Source: Paramoeba atlantica
Lineage: Eukaryota > Protista > Discosea
Length of the DNA stretch: 64,000 nt
Direction: 5' to 3'
NCBI GenBank assembly: GCA_977017575.1
Contig: CDRNVI010000054.1
Coordinates: forward strand, 620,001-684,000
In this document: positions 9,816 through 19,475 of the stretch, one piece after another
Numbering within the stretch: the stretch's first letter is position 1
Layout: every line of letters begins with the position of its first letter
The notes under the pieces: generated by a model
Told to the model about the DNA's origin: nothing
The model's database searches: none
What the model saw: only the letters and a program-made list of their open reading frames with translations
Made by a program: the position numbers and the translations under genes

Positions 9816-10861
9816 ATGCTGCGCTTAACCCTACGCACGATCGTGCGGGTCACATGTTCGGATACTCAGCGACCATCGACTAAACGACGTAAAGTCGAAA
9901 GCCCAATACCTTCCAACACTCATTCTGCTGAACAAACTGCAAAGACGAGATCGCGTATTGCCAAAGTGAGCGCTGCGAATTTACCTCACGAGTATCACCT
10001 TGTTCGTCTCCTCGCTGAAGTCCACAACTTGGAAGAATCGTGGCGTCATCACACGCCAGCATGTGAGTGGGAAGGTGTGAGTTGTAACGAGCGGGAAGAA
10101 GTCAGCCACGTGGACTGGGGTCAACTAGATTTGACAGGCACTATGAACTTGATTCATCTCCCACATAGTCTGTACGATAAAGATACAGTTTCTGTACCTT
10201 GTTGATTTTCCTTTAGTTCATCTTTTCTTTCCCCGGCAACGGGCATAGTCTTACTGTTTATATGCCCGTTGCCGGCCGGCACTAAGGCCGAAACTGTCCC
10301 TCTTCCTCGGTGAAGCAGGGGACGCGCTTCCACCCCATCACCCCTCCCCGGCTCACTCTTTTAGTGAGTTTTCTTCCCTCCCCGGCTTTCTTCCTTTCGC
10401 GCCTTTTCCTTCCCGGGGAGCCATGCGCCATGGTGGCTTCCCTTGAGGATCACTGGGCGTGACTCTGCCTTGTATTATCGCGAGGCAGCGGTCGGTTGCA
10501 GTGCGCCCCTCCGGCTGCGTAAAGAGGTAGTGAGTTGCCTGGACCACCTCTACCGACTGGGACCGAGTCGGTTGCAGTGCGCCCCTCCGGCTGCGTAAAG
10601 AGAGGGCGAGTTGCCTAGACCCCCTCTACCGACAGAGTCCGTGTCGAATGCCCCTCGGTGCGACATCCGCCATTGCGGATTGCGCTGATGATATCGGCCG
10701 TCGCATCAAGGGCTGTATCTCTGCGCCAGCGAGCGCATGAACATCAACTATCGTATAATGTGAACTTGCGTAGCAACATAACAAAATCGCCATTCCCTGA
10801 AGATGTGCAAGAGTTCGGTTTGTGCGTATATAACACACAGATAAAGCTGGAGAATCATTGA
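9816..10861 (+). pseudogene. LRR paralogue with the central LRRs replaced by SL-headed insert 2
   Basis: 5' part 9816-10178 and 3' part 10749-10861 match LRR paralogues; roughly 420 bp of LRR coding sequence is missing between them. Confidence 0.9.
10177..10748 (+). mobile_element. SL-headed non-coding retro-insert 2
   Basis: ATAAAGATACAGTTTCTGTACCTTGTTG (10177-10204), structured head, 76-bp direct repeat (10491/10567), 3' stem-loop 10717-10740. Confidence 0.75.
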
Positions 10862-11444
10862 ATCAGATAAAAAGATAGAGAGAATAAAGAGAATTTAAAG
10901 AGAATAAAGAGCATGATAAAGGGAATAAAAATGTGTGGGCGGGGGATTTAGGGGGAGCTTCATTCATTCAATAAATTTTATTGTTTTTGGAAGATCTTAT
11001 AAACTTTCTTACCTCAAAAAAGTGTACGACCTACCGTACCCCCTTGATTAATTTCTGTCGCTCAACACCAATGCAATGTGCATAACAGACAACACATCCA
11101 CAACGTGTATAACAGTCTAAAAGCAATATCTGAGAACTGTGATTTGATAGAAGTTGTCTTACAAAAACGTATTGTTTACTTTATCTACGTCGCATGTGGC
11201 TTCTTGGAAACTCCGCAGTTTCCAGTCCCAAGCCTGGAGCAGGTCGCTCAAAGACCGGGAGAGGAGGGGGGAGCGATCATTCGGTCGAGTTGTACGCCTT
11301 GAATTGGATGTGTCAGTCTTGCCGATGACATTCGAACCGTATAGGGCTGGACTTAGCATGCTGCAGGGCAGTTAGACATGGTGAAGTACCGCAACACTCT
11401 CATGTTCCCGCTGGTAGGCTGTAACATTGGATGTCACATGCTGG

Positions 11445-11918
11445 TTAGTTACGGGGAGTTGGACTCCCTTGGCGCTGGTAGGCTGTGACATTGGATTGTT
11501 CTGACGAGTGAGACCGCCATCGTCCCATTAATTGCCTCTCTGAAATAGGAACACCACGGACTCGAAGCTCAGTGGCCTTCCCATGCCGCAATGAATGCAT
11601 AGTCCATGTTCGAGTGTTCAAGTGGTGAGCTGCATCATTTATAAGTTTATTAGTCAAACCTCCTGTGGGTAACTGCATGCTCCCTGGCACGTCACTACGC
11701 TCGCGTATGTTATCTTCGACGCTTAATATGTGATCGCCATTTTTCTCGTGTAGTATGACCCCCCATGTAATTGCTTGAGCAATGCCACAGGCGTGTTTAC
11801 ACCCTATTGGAAGCACACTTGGTTTCAAGATTTTTCGCCCGAGTCGGACGCAACATACTTGACCGAAGGTATCAGAAGTAGGCACTTGATAATACATGTT
11901 CTTTATGTTTAGGTGCAA
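11445..11918 (-). pseudogene. Chimeric ORF: DIRS/VIPER-type RT fragment fused to a YR C-terminus
   Basis: VLPIGCKHACGIAQAITW (RT motif-like) followed by HSLRHG...GRWRS...AY; junction near 11660, where other YR copies continue differently. Confidence 0.65.
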
Positions 11919-12063
11919 AAATCTTATTTTTTTTGTTGTACAATCCCCAGCTTAATAAGTGATATAATAAGGTCCTGGGTGCTTGGTAGACTAAAGTTAA
12001 CTTTGTAGTCGAGACAATTGTCGTTTGCCCATCTCAAGTTGAAGATAGCTCGAGCGTATTTGG

Positions 12064-12748
12064 CACTTGGAAGTCAGTCATGCTGCGCGCTTCGCGTTAA
12101 AAACTACCACCGCGTTTAACGAAGCGACTAAAAAAGAAAAATCGCCGAAAGATCATGGATAAACTATTTTTTTCAGTGAAAATGCCCGATTTTTGGGCCA
12201 AAAATGCGAAATTTTAACCCGAATTTGGGCCGTTTTTGAAGCCTTACCAGTAGGGGTAGGAGGCGCATCTGACGGAAAAAACATCGTAGAATGGTAGCTG
12301 AGGTCCCAAACTCTCAAAATACGTTTTAGGGGTCGATTTTGGAAAAATATTGTTTTTACTTTTTTTTGGTCAAAAATATTTTTTTTTGGGTCCCCCCAAA
12401 AATTTCGGAAATTTCGACCTTGTCGGACCCCTCCTACGTGTACCAGGGGGTGTCACCCCCAGGTGTGGGGGTGGAAAATCATCGCCGCGGCATACTCTAC
12501 CACTTCCGCGCGCTCGATTTTGAAAAGCAAAAAATTTGAAAAAAAATCGCGACGTATACCCCCCCCATGGACCCCCCCTAGACCCCCCATTTTTTTCAAT
12601 TTTTTTTTTCAGTTTTGGACCACCGGAGCCCCCTTTTATATTTTTTTCTTCTATTATATTACTGTGTTCCTCTTTATATTTTCACTGTTTTTGTTCACTT
12701 TTTTTTCAATAATCGAGGGTACAGCGGTAGTTATACAACCACCGCAAT
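12064..12748. repeat. Interspersed non-coding repeat, homologous to 53281-54178
   Basis: Shared blocks (CATGCTGCGCGCTTCGCG, CCCCCCTAGA repeats, TTTTGGACCACCGGAGCCCC, terminal GCGGTAGTTATACAACCACCGC hairpin). Confidence 0.75.
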
Positions 12749-13295
12749 ATATGCTTTCTAAAGCGTTCAGAGTTCGGGGAGCTCTCTAAAGTCGGCACTA
12801 TTGTGTCCCTATCGATGAGACATAGTTTCAAAAGTGAGATTGCACTTTTCGTGAAACGAGCACATGAGACCGATAGTAAGTCAACTTTGAAACCCCCGAC
12901 GTTATCTATTGTGCAAAGTGGGTCATCGTCGGAGGCCCATGCCCCTCGCGATTTGCTTTCCGGTGGTGGCAGGGCATCGTATATTCGTTCTATCCCGTAA
13001 ATTTTGTCACGAGGGTAATCGTTTCTCATTGGTCGTGAATAATACGTGAAAGCCCATACCAATAGAACCATAAAATACTGTCGTCAAGTCGTCAGGGGTG
13101 ATGCTACACATTCGTGAGCTGATGCCCATCTAATCTGGGCGTCAACACTAAAGTGTACTCTACAATCTCAAAGCCTGACCACTTGTATAGTGTCTGAAGC
13201 ACGAGTATACGCTCGAGTTATGTTTCCGGGTTGCTGTATAATTTATAAATCCCAATATACTTAGTATAATAAATAATCTTAAGAGCGTGCATATA

Positions 13296-14876
13296 CTGTT
13301 ACCCCCCCCTTACTTAGCCCCCACTTTTTGGCCCAAAACTTTTTGGCCCTAAAACATACTTTGTGGTGAAGTAAGGGGGGTGGTGAAGTAAGGGGGGGAT
13401 TATTAAGTTGTCAAGTTCCTCCAGTAAAATCCTTATCGCCCGTCATGCTCACTTCAGGGTTGAATGAAATTTTCTGTTTCACGCTTGCCATAGTTCGGAA
13501 AGATCATTGACTTCATAAAATGAATTAAAAGATCATTGACTTCTACAGAAAGTAACTAACATCATGAAAATACGCTACGCCCGAATTTAGTTTCTAATGT
13601 GCCGGCTTAAATATATAAAATGAAGAAAGAAAATATGATACCTATAGAGGCTTTGCAAGACACTAAGTAAAACCACAGAAAAACTTAGATACGACGAATA
13701 TTAAAAACGGTGCTGTGGACGTAAAAAGCTGGGGAAGGTGAGGTGCGCTAAGCCCCAACACTGCCGAAAATATATGCAGTGTCCCTGACCTGCGGCCATC
13801 GTTAGTGCTTTGCGCAGAAATTGTCATTCTCTTCCCCCTTTTCTTCAATTGCACACATGTGATGAAATTTCGTTAAACACCCAGGTTCACTACACTCCCG
13901 TAGAGTTAAATTCACTCGCGTGCAATAACAACACTCCTGTACTGGGGTTGCGTTAAGCGCTGGATTCCTGTTACGCGCTGACTCTATGGCGGACTTCATG
14001 ACTTTCGCTTCTTCTTCTCCTTCCCTGTAGTTAAAACCTTTACGCGCTTTGTCCCTTTAGTGTCGTATGTGATTTCATTGACGGGCTCCCACACAACACA
14101 GGTCTCGTCCCGTGACGATTACAGCGTATCCCCCGCGATCACAATTTCGCAGAGCTATCATATTCAAAAAGGCTTCTATACGCTCGTCCATGTCTTTTGG
14201 GACCATTTGGGTTGCTCCATTGACTCTTCGTCGCGAAATATTGGCGAAGATGCAAAAACGAATCCAAAAATTTTCTTTTCCTTTGTCGGTAAGGGAACAG
14301 AAGTGCTCTGAAATTTCAGCAAAGTACCCCAACATTGTCGGTTTCGTGCCGAAAGAGACTCGCGTAGCAAAAGCAGTTGCGACAACCCTTTTTCATATAA
14401 TTCTTTATTTGCTCGAGGGGGGTGGTACTGAAACAATTTCCCAAAGCCAAGTTGAGTAAATTTATGCCAATCTTCTTTTTTCCGATAAACTCTATGTACC
14501 GTGCTTACCTCGACCTTGTAATCTCGGGCGGCGACGCTTATAGACTTGCCGGCATCTATACTAGCACATAGGTTGTTTTTTTGTTGTATGGTAAGATCCA
14601 TCCGAACCTTCCGCGGCTGCTCAGCAAGCTGGTTAGATGCATTCAACATTAATGCGGTGGATGGGGTAGTTGAAGTATCATCGGGGAAGAGCAGTACGGC
14701 AACAGTTTCGTGTGGCAACGGTGAGGATTGAGTCACTTGGCTCGCGTTAAAGAATAGAAGTGGTGGGGCCATCGTGTATTGAATAAATATTGAAATCAAT
14801 GAAATTTTACAATTTCTGACTGAATTTCTGAAATGTGGTGAAGTAAGGGGGGAGGTGAAGTAAGGGGGGGTAACGG
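13296..14876 (-). mobile_element. pogo/Tc2-like element with internal deletion, TA flanks
   Basis: TIRs CTGTTACCCCCCCCTTACTT / AAGTAAGGGGGGGTAACGG; TA at 13294-95 and 14877-78; four subterminal GTGAAGTAAGGGGGG motifs. Confidence 0.85.
13802..14799 (-). pseudogene. pogo-like transposase relic: N-terminal HTH, CENP-B-like HTH and C-terminal PHD-like finger, no DDE core
   Basis: GKSISVAARDYKVEVSTVHRVY HTH; RFCIFANISRRR; CCYC...CSEPGCLTKFHHMCA...FC..H; three broken frames. Confidence 0.65.
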
Positions 14877-15037
14877 TATCTTGCGGTATGCGAGCCGCTA
14901 TCTAGTATATGGTGCTGTATGTACATTACATACGCTATCCAGTCTGCAACAGATATGCTGTGCAATAAACGAAGAAAAAGTGGTCAGCGGATTGTGGTTT
15001 TACATTGGCGTACGTAAACGAAAGGGAAAGCAAAAGA

Positions 15038-15994
15038 TTACACTATAGAATATGCTTCCGCGCTGAATGCGGACATCCATCGACCTCGTAAAAGTCGTGT
15101 AGAGAGCTCACTGCCTTGGCGGGTGAGGTGACCGGCACCCCCATGACGGAGACAGTGGAACGACCAACTCTGGCGCTTATTCCATTTAAAATGTGCAGCT
15201 GCTGCACATATCAAGGCGTTAGCCTTGACTTTGTTCCAGTACGGAAGTAGTAGAACGGTAGTACCGACGTTTTTTAGGTAAGTTAATAGATGCTGAACTT
15301 CTGGTACGAGTACGATGTCAACCTCATAGTGGAGGCGTCCTTTTCCACCACGAACCCGTAGAGTCGCAGTTTCTGTCTCGACATCGTCTCTGCGTAATAA
15401 CGCCATTTCACTATGCCGCAAGAGGCCGAAATACGCTATAGCAAAGCCCCGAGCGTATTCTAATTCCTCAGCCTCACGGCAATACTCTGTCAGTTGTGTT
15501 AGTTGGTCAAAGGTAATCGAGCCCCTGGGTTGGGGATCCAGGCACAAACGAGTGGCTCCTTTGAACCGCCGTCGAAAACGGGTCGTTTGTGCCAAGCATC
15601 GCTCTATAGGTGTCTCTTCAAGTTGCCGCCATACTAGGGCAGCGCGTAAAGCCTCTAGCCTTGATGCTCGATAAAATCGAGATAGGCATACACAAAGAGC
15701 CAAAAAGGCTTCTTCGGTAATGTTGCATACGCCGTGTACTCCCAAGAAATGCTCGATACTTGAGAAGTTAAGGGATCGCCTTCGAGCAGTTTCTGGGGCT
15801 ACAGCAAGTTGGGCGAGCTGTGAGTGGACGTTTGCTTGAAGCAAACGTTGTGTTTCATCTTGTACTATTTGATCACTTATACGGTGACGTCTAAGTTGTG
15901 GCATAATTGAGTCTTCAAGAGAAATAGTGAATATCTGTTCAAATAACTCTTGAACTAACTTGGTATGACTGTAGGTCGATGTTACAGGGACCAA
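15038..15994 (-). CDS. Tyrosine recombinase (VIPER/TATE/DIRS-like), catalytic residues intact
   Basis: GLLRHSE, GGKGR, FHCLRHG, GRW, EAY = R-K-H-R-W-Y set; the track start is TTG and the first ATG is about 30 codons in. Confidence 0.88.
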   Translation of the reverse strand: MVPVTSTYSHTKLVQELFEQIFTISLEDSIMPQLRRHRISDQIVQDETQRLLQANVHSQLAQLAVAPETARRRSLNFSSIEHFLGVHGVCNITEEAFLALCVCLSRFYRASRLEALRAALVWRQLEETPIERCLAQTTRFRRRFKGATRLCLDPQPRGSITFDQLTQLTEYCREAEELEYARGFAIAYFGLLRHSEMALLRRDDVETETATLRVRGGKGRLHYEVDIVLVPEVQHLLTYLKNVGTTVLLLPYWNKVKANALICAAAAHFKWNKRQSWSFHCLRHGGAGHLTRQGSELSTRLLRGRWMSAFSAEAYSIV

Positions 15995-16656
15995 ACACCG
16001 AGCCGAATACCTTCTGGTTCGCCGTTGGCTATCGGTGAATCCGGAGGGGAGTCTGCCAAGAGCTTTGCGTAATGCAAAGTGTCAGGTCGGTTCCCCACTG
16101 ATTCCTTCACAGCCCTTTTTACTTGTTGAACAAACCAAGGTTCTGTGGTGAAACCGGTGTCCGTGAGGCTTTGGTGCAGTTGGTTACCGCACCGAGGATC
16201 TTCGCGCGTTCCGATAAGCGTGCGAAATGCAGTGCGAAGATCCTTGCTGTTGCGCTCGTCTCGGAGGGGAGTGCTAGCCTCTTGGACGACCAGATTGCTT
16301 TCATTTTCCTCCAACTCTGACTCGAGTGCGCAAATCGCATCACGTAGTGCCACAAGAACAGTTTGGGCAACGTGTTCCGAGGTGAAATCTCCGCGCAACA
16401 TAGCTTCAAGTGTGCGGCGGACGATGCGGGCTCCATTCACGGTGTTTCCCTTTGCAGATGTGACAGCAGCGCTTTCGAGAATGGGCGTGATAGCCTTTTT
16501 CTCCTTTACGTACTGAATCGCTTTTGGGAGACTCGCAACTAATTCATCCCGTACAGTTACACCCAATCGTTTAAGGGAACATAACTCAAAGAAAGCACTT
16601 TTTGGACTTTCTGTTGTGTAGCTTTCTGGGACAAGGTTAGGTAAGGCGTCGGGCAT
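15982..16656 (-). CDS. Putative gag-like ORF overlapping the YR
   Basis: 224-aa ATG ORF directly upstream of and overlapping the YR by 13 nt, the ORF1 position in VIPER/TATE; no diagnostic motif recognised. Confidence 0.5.
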   Translation of the reverse strand: MPDALPNLVPESYTTESPKSAFFELCSLKRLGVTVRDELVASLPKAIQYVKEKKAITPILESAAVTSAKGNTVNGARIVRRTLEAMLRGDFTSEHVAQTVLVALRDAICALESELEENESNLVVQEASTPLRDERNSKDLRTAFRTLIGTREDPRCGNQLHQSLTDTGFTTEPWFVQQVKRAVKESVGNRPDTLHYAKLLADSPPDSPIANGEPEGIRLGVWSL

Positions 16657-17311
16657 AAATTTAAGGAGGTATTGATAATTTATTGAGATTAGGACGCATG
16701 CTGTAAGATACGTTTGTTTTGGAATCCTGAGTGCAATATGATAGATAATCTTTCGTGTCTTTATATCTGTATCTCACTAATTTTATTCTAGATATAAGAT
16801 CTAGTGCACTTTTTCAGGACTTGAAATTTTTTGGCCGTTGATTCAAATGCCTGGATGTTCCACCTTAGAGCACGAGGTGTTTTCCTGTCTGCAATGCCAC
16901 GATGTAAGGGATTGCAAGTATGTATTTAGGATCGGCAGTACAATGCTATAGCAACTAGTGCAATAATTCAATAAAGCAAGTATAAAACTTCTTTAATCGA
17001 TGTCCTGATACACCTGTTGAAGGCGTCTCGAACTATCTACGTGCTCAGCAATGTTCACCGTGTACGCTCCAGCGCTGACTGGCGTTGCGTGGGACAAGTC
17101 TATTAATGTCCCTGATCGTTTAAAGGTCGTGTCGCGAGCCTCACTTTTCTGTGCTCAATATCACTGCGAGAAAACAGCGAGAAAACTGCGAATAGAAAAC
17201 TGCGAATATCACTGCGAGAAAACAAGTTATGAGAAAAACCTTACTTGCGTTGGTATCCCTTTCAAAGATTAAAAGAAAATCGGGACCGGAACTAAATCCC
17301 TACTTAAATAG

Positions 17312-17613
17312 TCTCTATGAGATAGTGAATGACTTGAGACACCTTACGGCGAGCTGAACTATTCCTTAACTGAATGCTCTCTCTAGGAGATTCAACAACT
17401 AAAAACGCCCTATGGCGAACTAAACTGCTCCCAAGTGAGAATTTTCTATGATAGAGTCAACGACTCAAAAACGCCCTATGGCGAAATAAACTGTTCCTAA
17501 GTAACTAAACACTTTAAAAGTGTTGTTACGTGACTATATTCGATGATAGAGTCAACGACTCAAAACGCCCTACGGCGAACTAAACTGCTCCTAAGTGGGT
17601 ATTCTCTATGATA
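17312..17613. repeat. Four degenerate ~66-bp direct repeats
   Basis: Unit ATGATAGAGTCAACGACTCAAAAACGCCCTATGGCGAACTAAACTGCTCCTAAGT...; CGCC-CTAT-GGCG anchors near 17341, 17406, 17472 and 17566. Confidence 0.85.
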
Positions 17614-18074
17614 TAATTTTCCACATCTGCGCTGCAATGCCAGGGTAGGCGTCCGACCTATGCCGGTTGCAGAAGTGCACTTCACTGCCCTGAGCAGGTG
17701 CTAGTGAAGTATTACATCCGTTTTTGTCGTCGCTTCGACGTCTTTCTCTCAGGTGAATTCGCCCTTTCATGCTCCTTGTCCGCTGAACGCTTGGTACGTC
17801 TCTCATGCAACTCTGTATTTTTGGCATCACATTCCCCAGGCAAACGCTCCTTTTCAGGAGAATCCACTCCAGCCCCTACAGATGGCGAGGTACCATCGAG
17901 AGAGGATCACCGTCTGTAATCTTGTAGTAATCCCGTCTTTTCCCTAATGGCTTAGGTATTTGGCCAATGTGTTTCCAAGGGAGATTCATGGTTTGAATGG
18001 TTTCCGGGCTAACCCTTTGAGCTTCTGAAGCACTTGTCGAAGTCCTTCTCCTCCTTATTTCTGAGGCTGGGACT

Positions 18075-18154
18075 ATTTTTCTCGACCCTGCAAGCGCCAA
18101 GGTGTCTGCCTTCTCGTTGTAAATGTTCCCGTTGTGAGACTTCACTTTACACAC
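18075..18154 (-). pseudogene. RNase HI-type C-terminal motif fragment
   Basis: KVKSHNGNIYNEKADTLALAG at the start of ORF 17876-18154. Confidence 0.65.
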
Positions 18155-18254
18155 GTAACACCTTTTATCTCTCGATTGGAGCGTTCGAATTTCTCGATCC
18201 GATTTCTCAAGGATACCCCCATTTGGTAGATTGTTATACCCAATGATTCGCCGT

Positions 18255-18375
18255 CGGAGACGAGTACGATGGAAAAAAATCCATACATAGAACGGCTCCC
18301 TCCCGTTAGAACTTCTTCCTCGACAAATGGTCGGTCTTCATCTGACTTCTAACCAATTTTCTGGGGTATTGGACT
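18255..18375 (+). pseudogene. Fragment of an LRR paralogue of the 49526 subfamily
   Basis: NGSLPLELLPRQMVGLHLTSNQFSGVLD; nucleotide match to about 49850-49930. Confidence 0.75.
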
Positions 18376-19275
18376 CATCGGATAGATGCCGTTTTTTGTT
18401 CTCAATGTGGAGCGTGTGCCCAAATTCTCGTTTCGTATGTGTTTCTGAGTAGTTCCGATTGGTTGCTTGTCGGAAGACTCGAATGTGTTTATAAATGTGA
18501 TTATTTTTGAGAACCAGTGCTTTTCCAATAATCTTCCACAACTTGACGTTGCATAATCGTCCAACATGAGATCGAATTCCGCTTCAAGAATCTCTCGTGT
18601 TCCATTATTTGCAAAAGTCGTCGCACCCTACTCTTTATCCCGAAGTATACTAACATTGCTTCAACGACAATACGCTTCATCTGATTGACAGCTTTGTCCG
18701 TAGAAACATCCGTGTATTTGGCTAAGAGACTTTTTTCAATTAATTTTTAATTGGCTAAGAGACTTATTTTAAGGAGAAAGAGAGCACAGAGTATAAAAAC
18801 AGGTGACCGTAGCTGCTTGTGATAGCGCATCCGAAGATACTGTGCAAGATTTGAGCTGCCTCCCGTGGCAGTATACCACTGTTCGAAAATGGTAAAGAAA
18901 CCATTCACGCATTGAAGATCAGTCGTGTCGGATGTTTCACACAAATTGCCGAGTGCACGAAGTGGAATAAGTAAATGAAATATTTTCATCATATTCTCCT
19001 GGTCTCACATTGTTAACGAAGCTGCTGTTTCCGAGGAGTTGCTTGCTTTGAGCGCAGCTCGAATCTGCTCATACCCTGACCACCAGCGCGTCTCATTCTT
19101 TTTAGGAAGAGTATTTCCCGTGCTTCCTTTGTATCAGTCGCTAAGCGCAAGACATGTAATCCACTCAGGTATTAATGAGGTCCTTTGCCAACACGGACGC
19201 TGCGCCTCGCAAATAATATCATTTGCATAGAAGTTGTACAACATGTGGTACACCAACACGGTAAAATAAATGCAT
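18374..19275 (-). pseudogene. hAT transposase C-terminal relic (family 2)
   Basis: LPKKNETRW.SGYEQI, LLIPLRALGNLCE, LRMRY; same segment as 22040-22930 and 50640-51560. Confidence 0.65.
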
Positions 19276-19475
19276 GATATTGAGAGGGGTGACTCTGGGT
19301 GGGAGTGTCTAGGATATCTTTCGTCAAAAATTTCTTCCTTAGTTTTTTATTATTTTTGCTTCAATCGGACGATACAGAAATCATGTTACTGGAATTCTTA
19401 TTCTGTAGGACTTAAACGAGTGTTTCGGTATGTAATACAAGTTAATAAAGCGCCTAACAATGAATTTACCAACTA

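Noticed and set aside
10685-10745. Hammerhead core CTGATGA in insert 2
   Set aside because: No stem II or GAAA follows and there is no NUH site in register.
12706-13071. 121-aa minus-strand ORF
   Set aside because: Non-ATG start, no recognisable motif, and it overlaps a repeat end; cannot be supported as a gene.
17312-17613. CRISPR array (also considered for 44227-44617 and 51959-52087)
   Set aside because: Repeats are contiguous with no unique spacers, there are no cas genes, and the context is eukaryotic.
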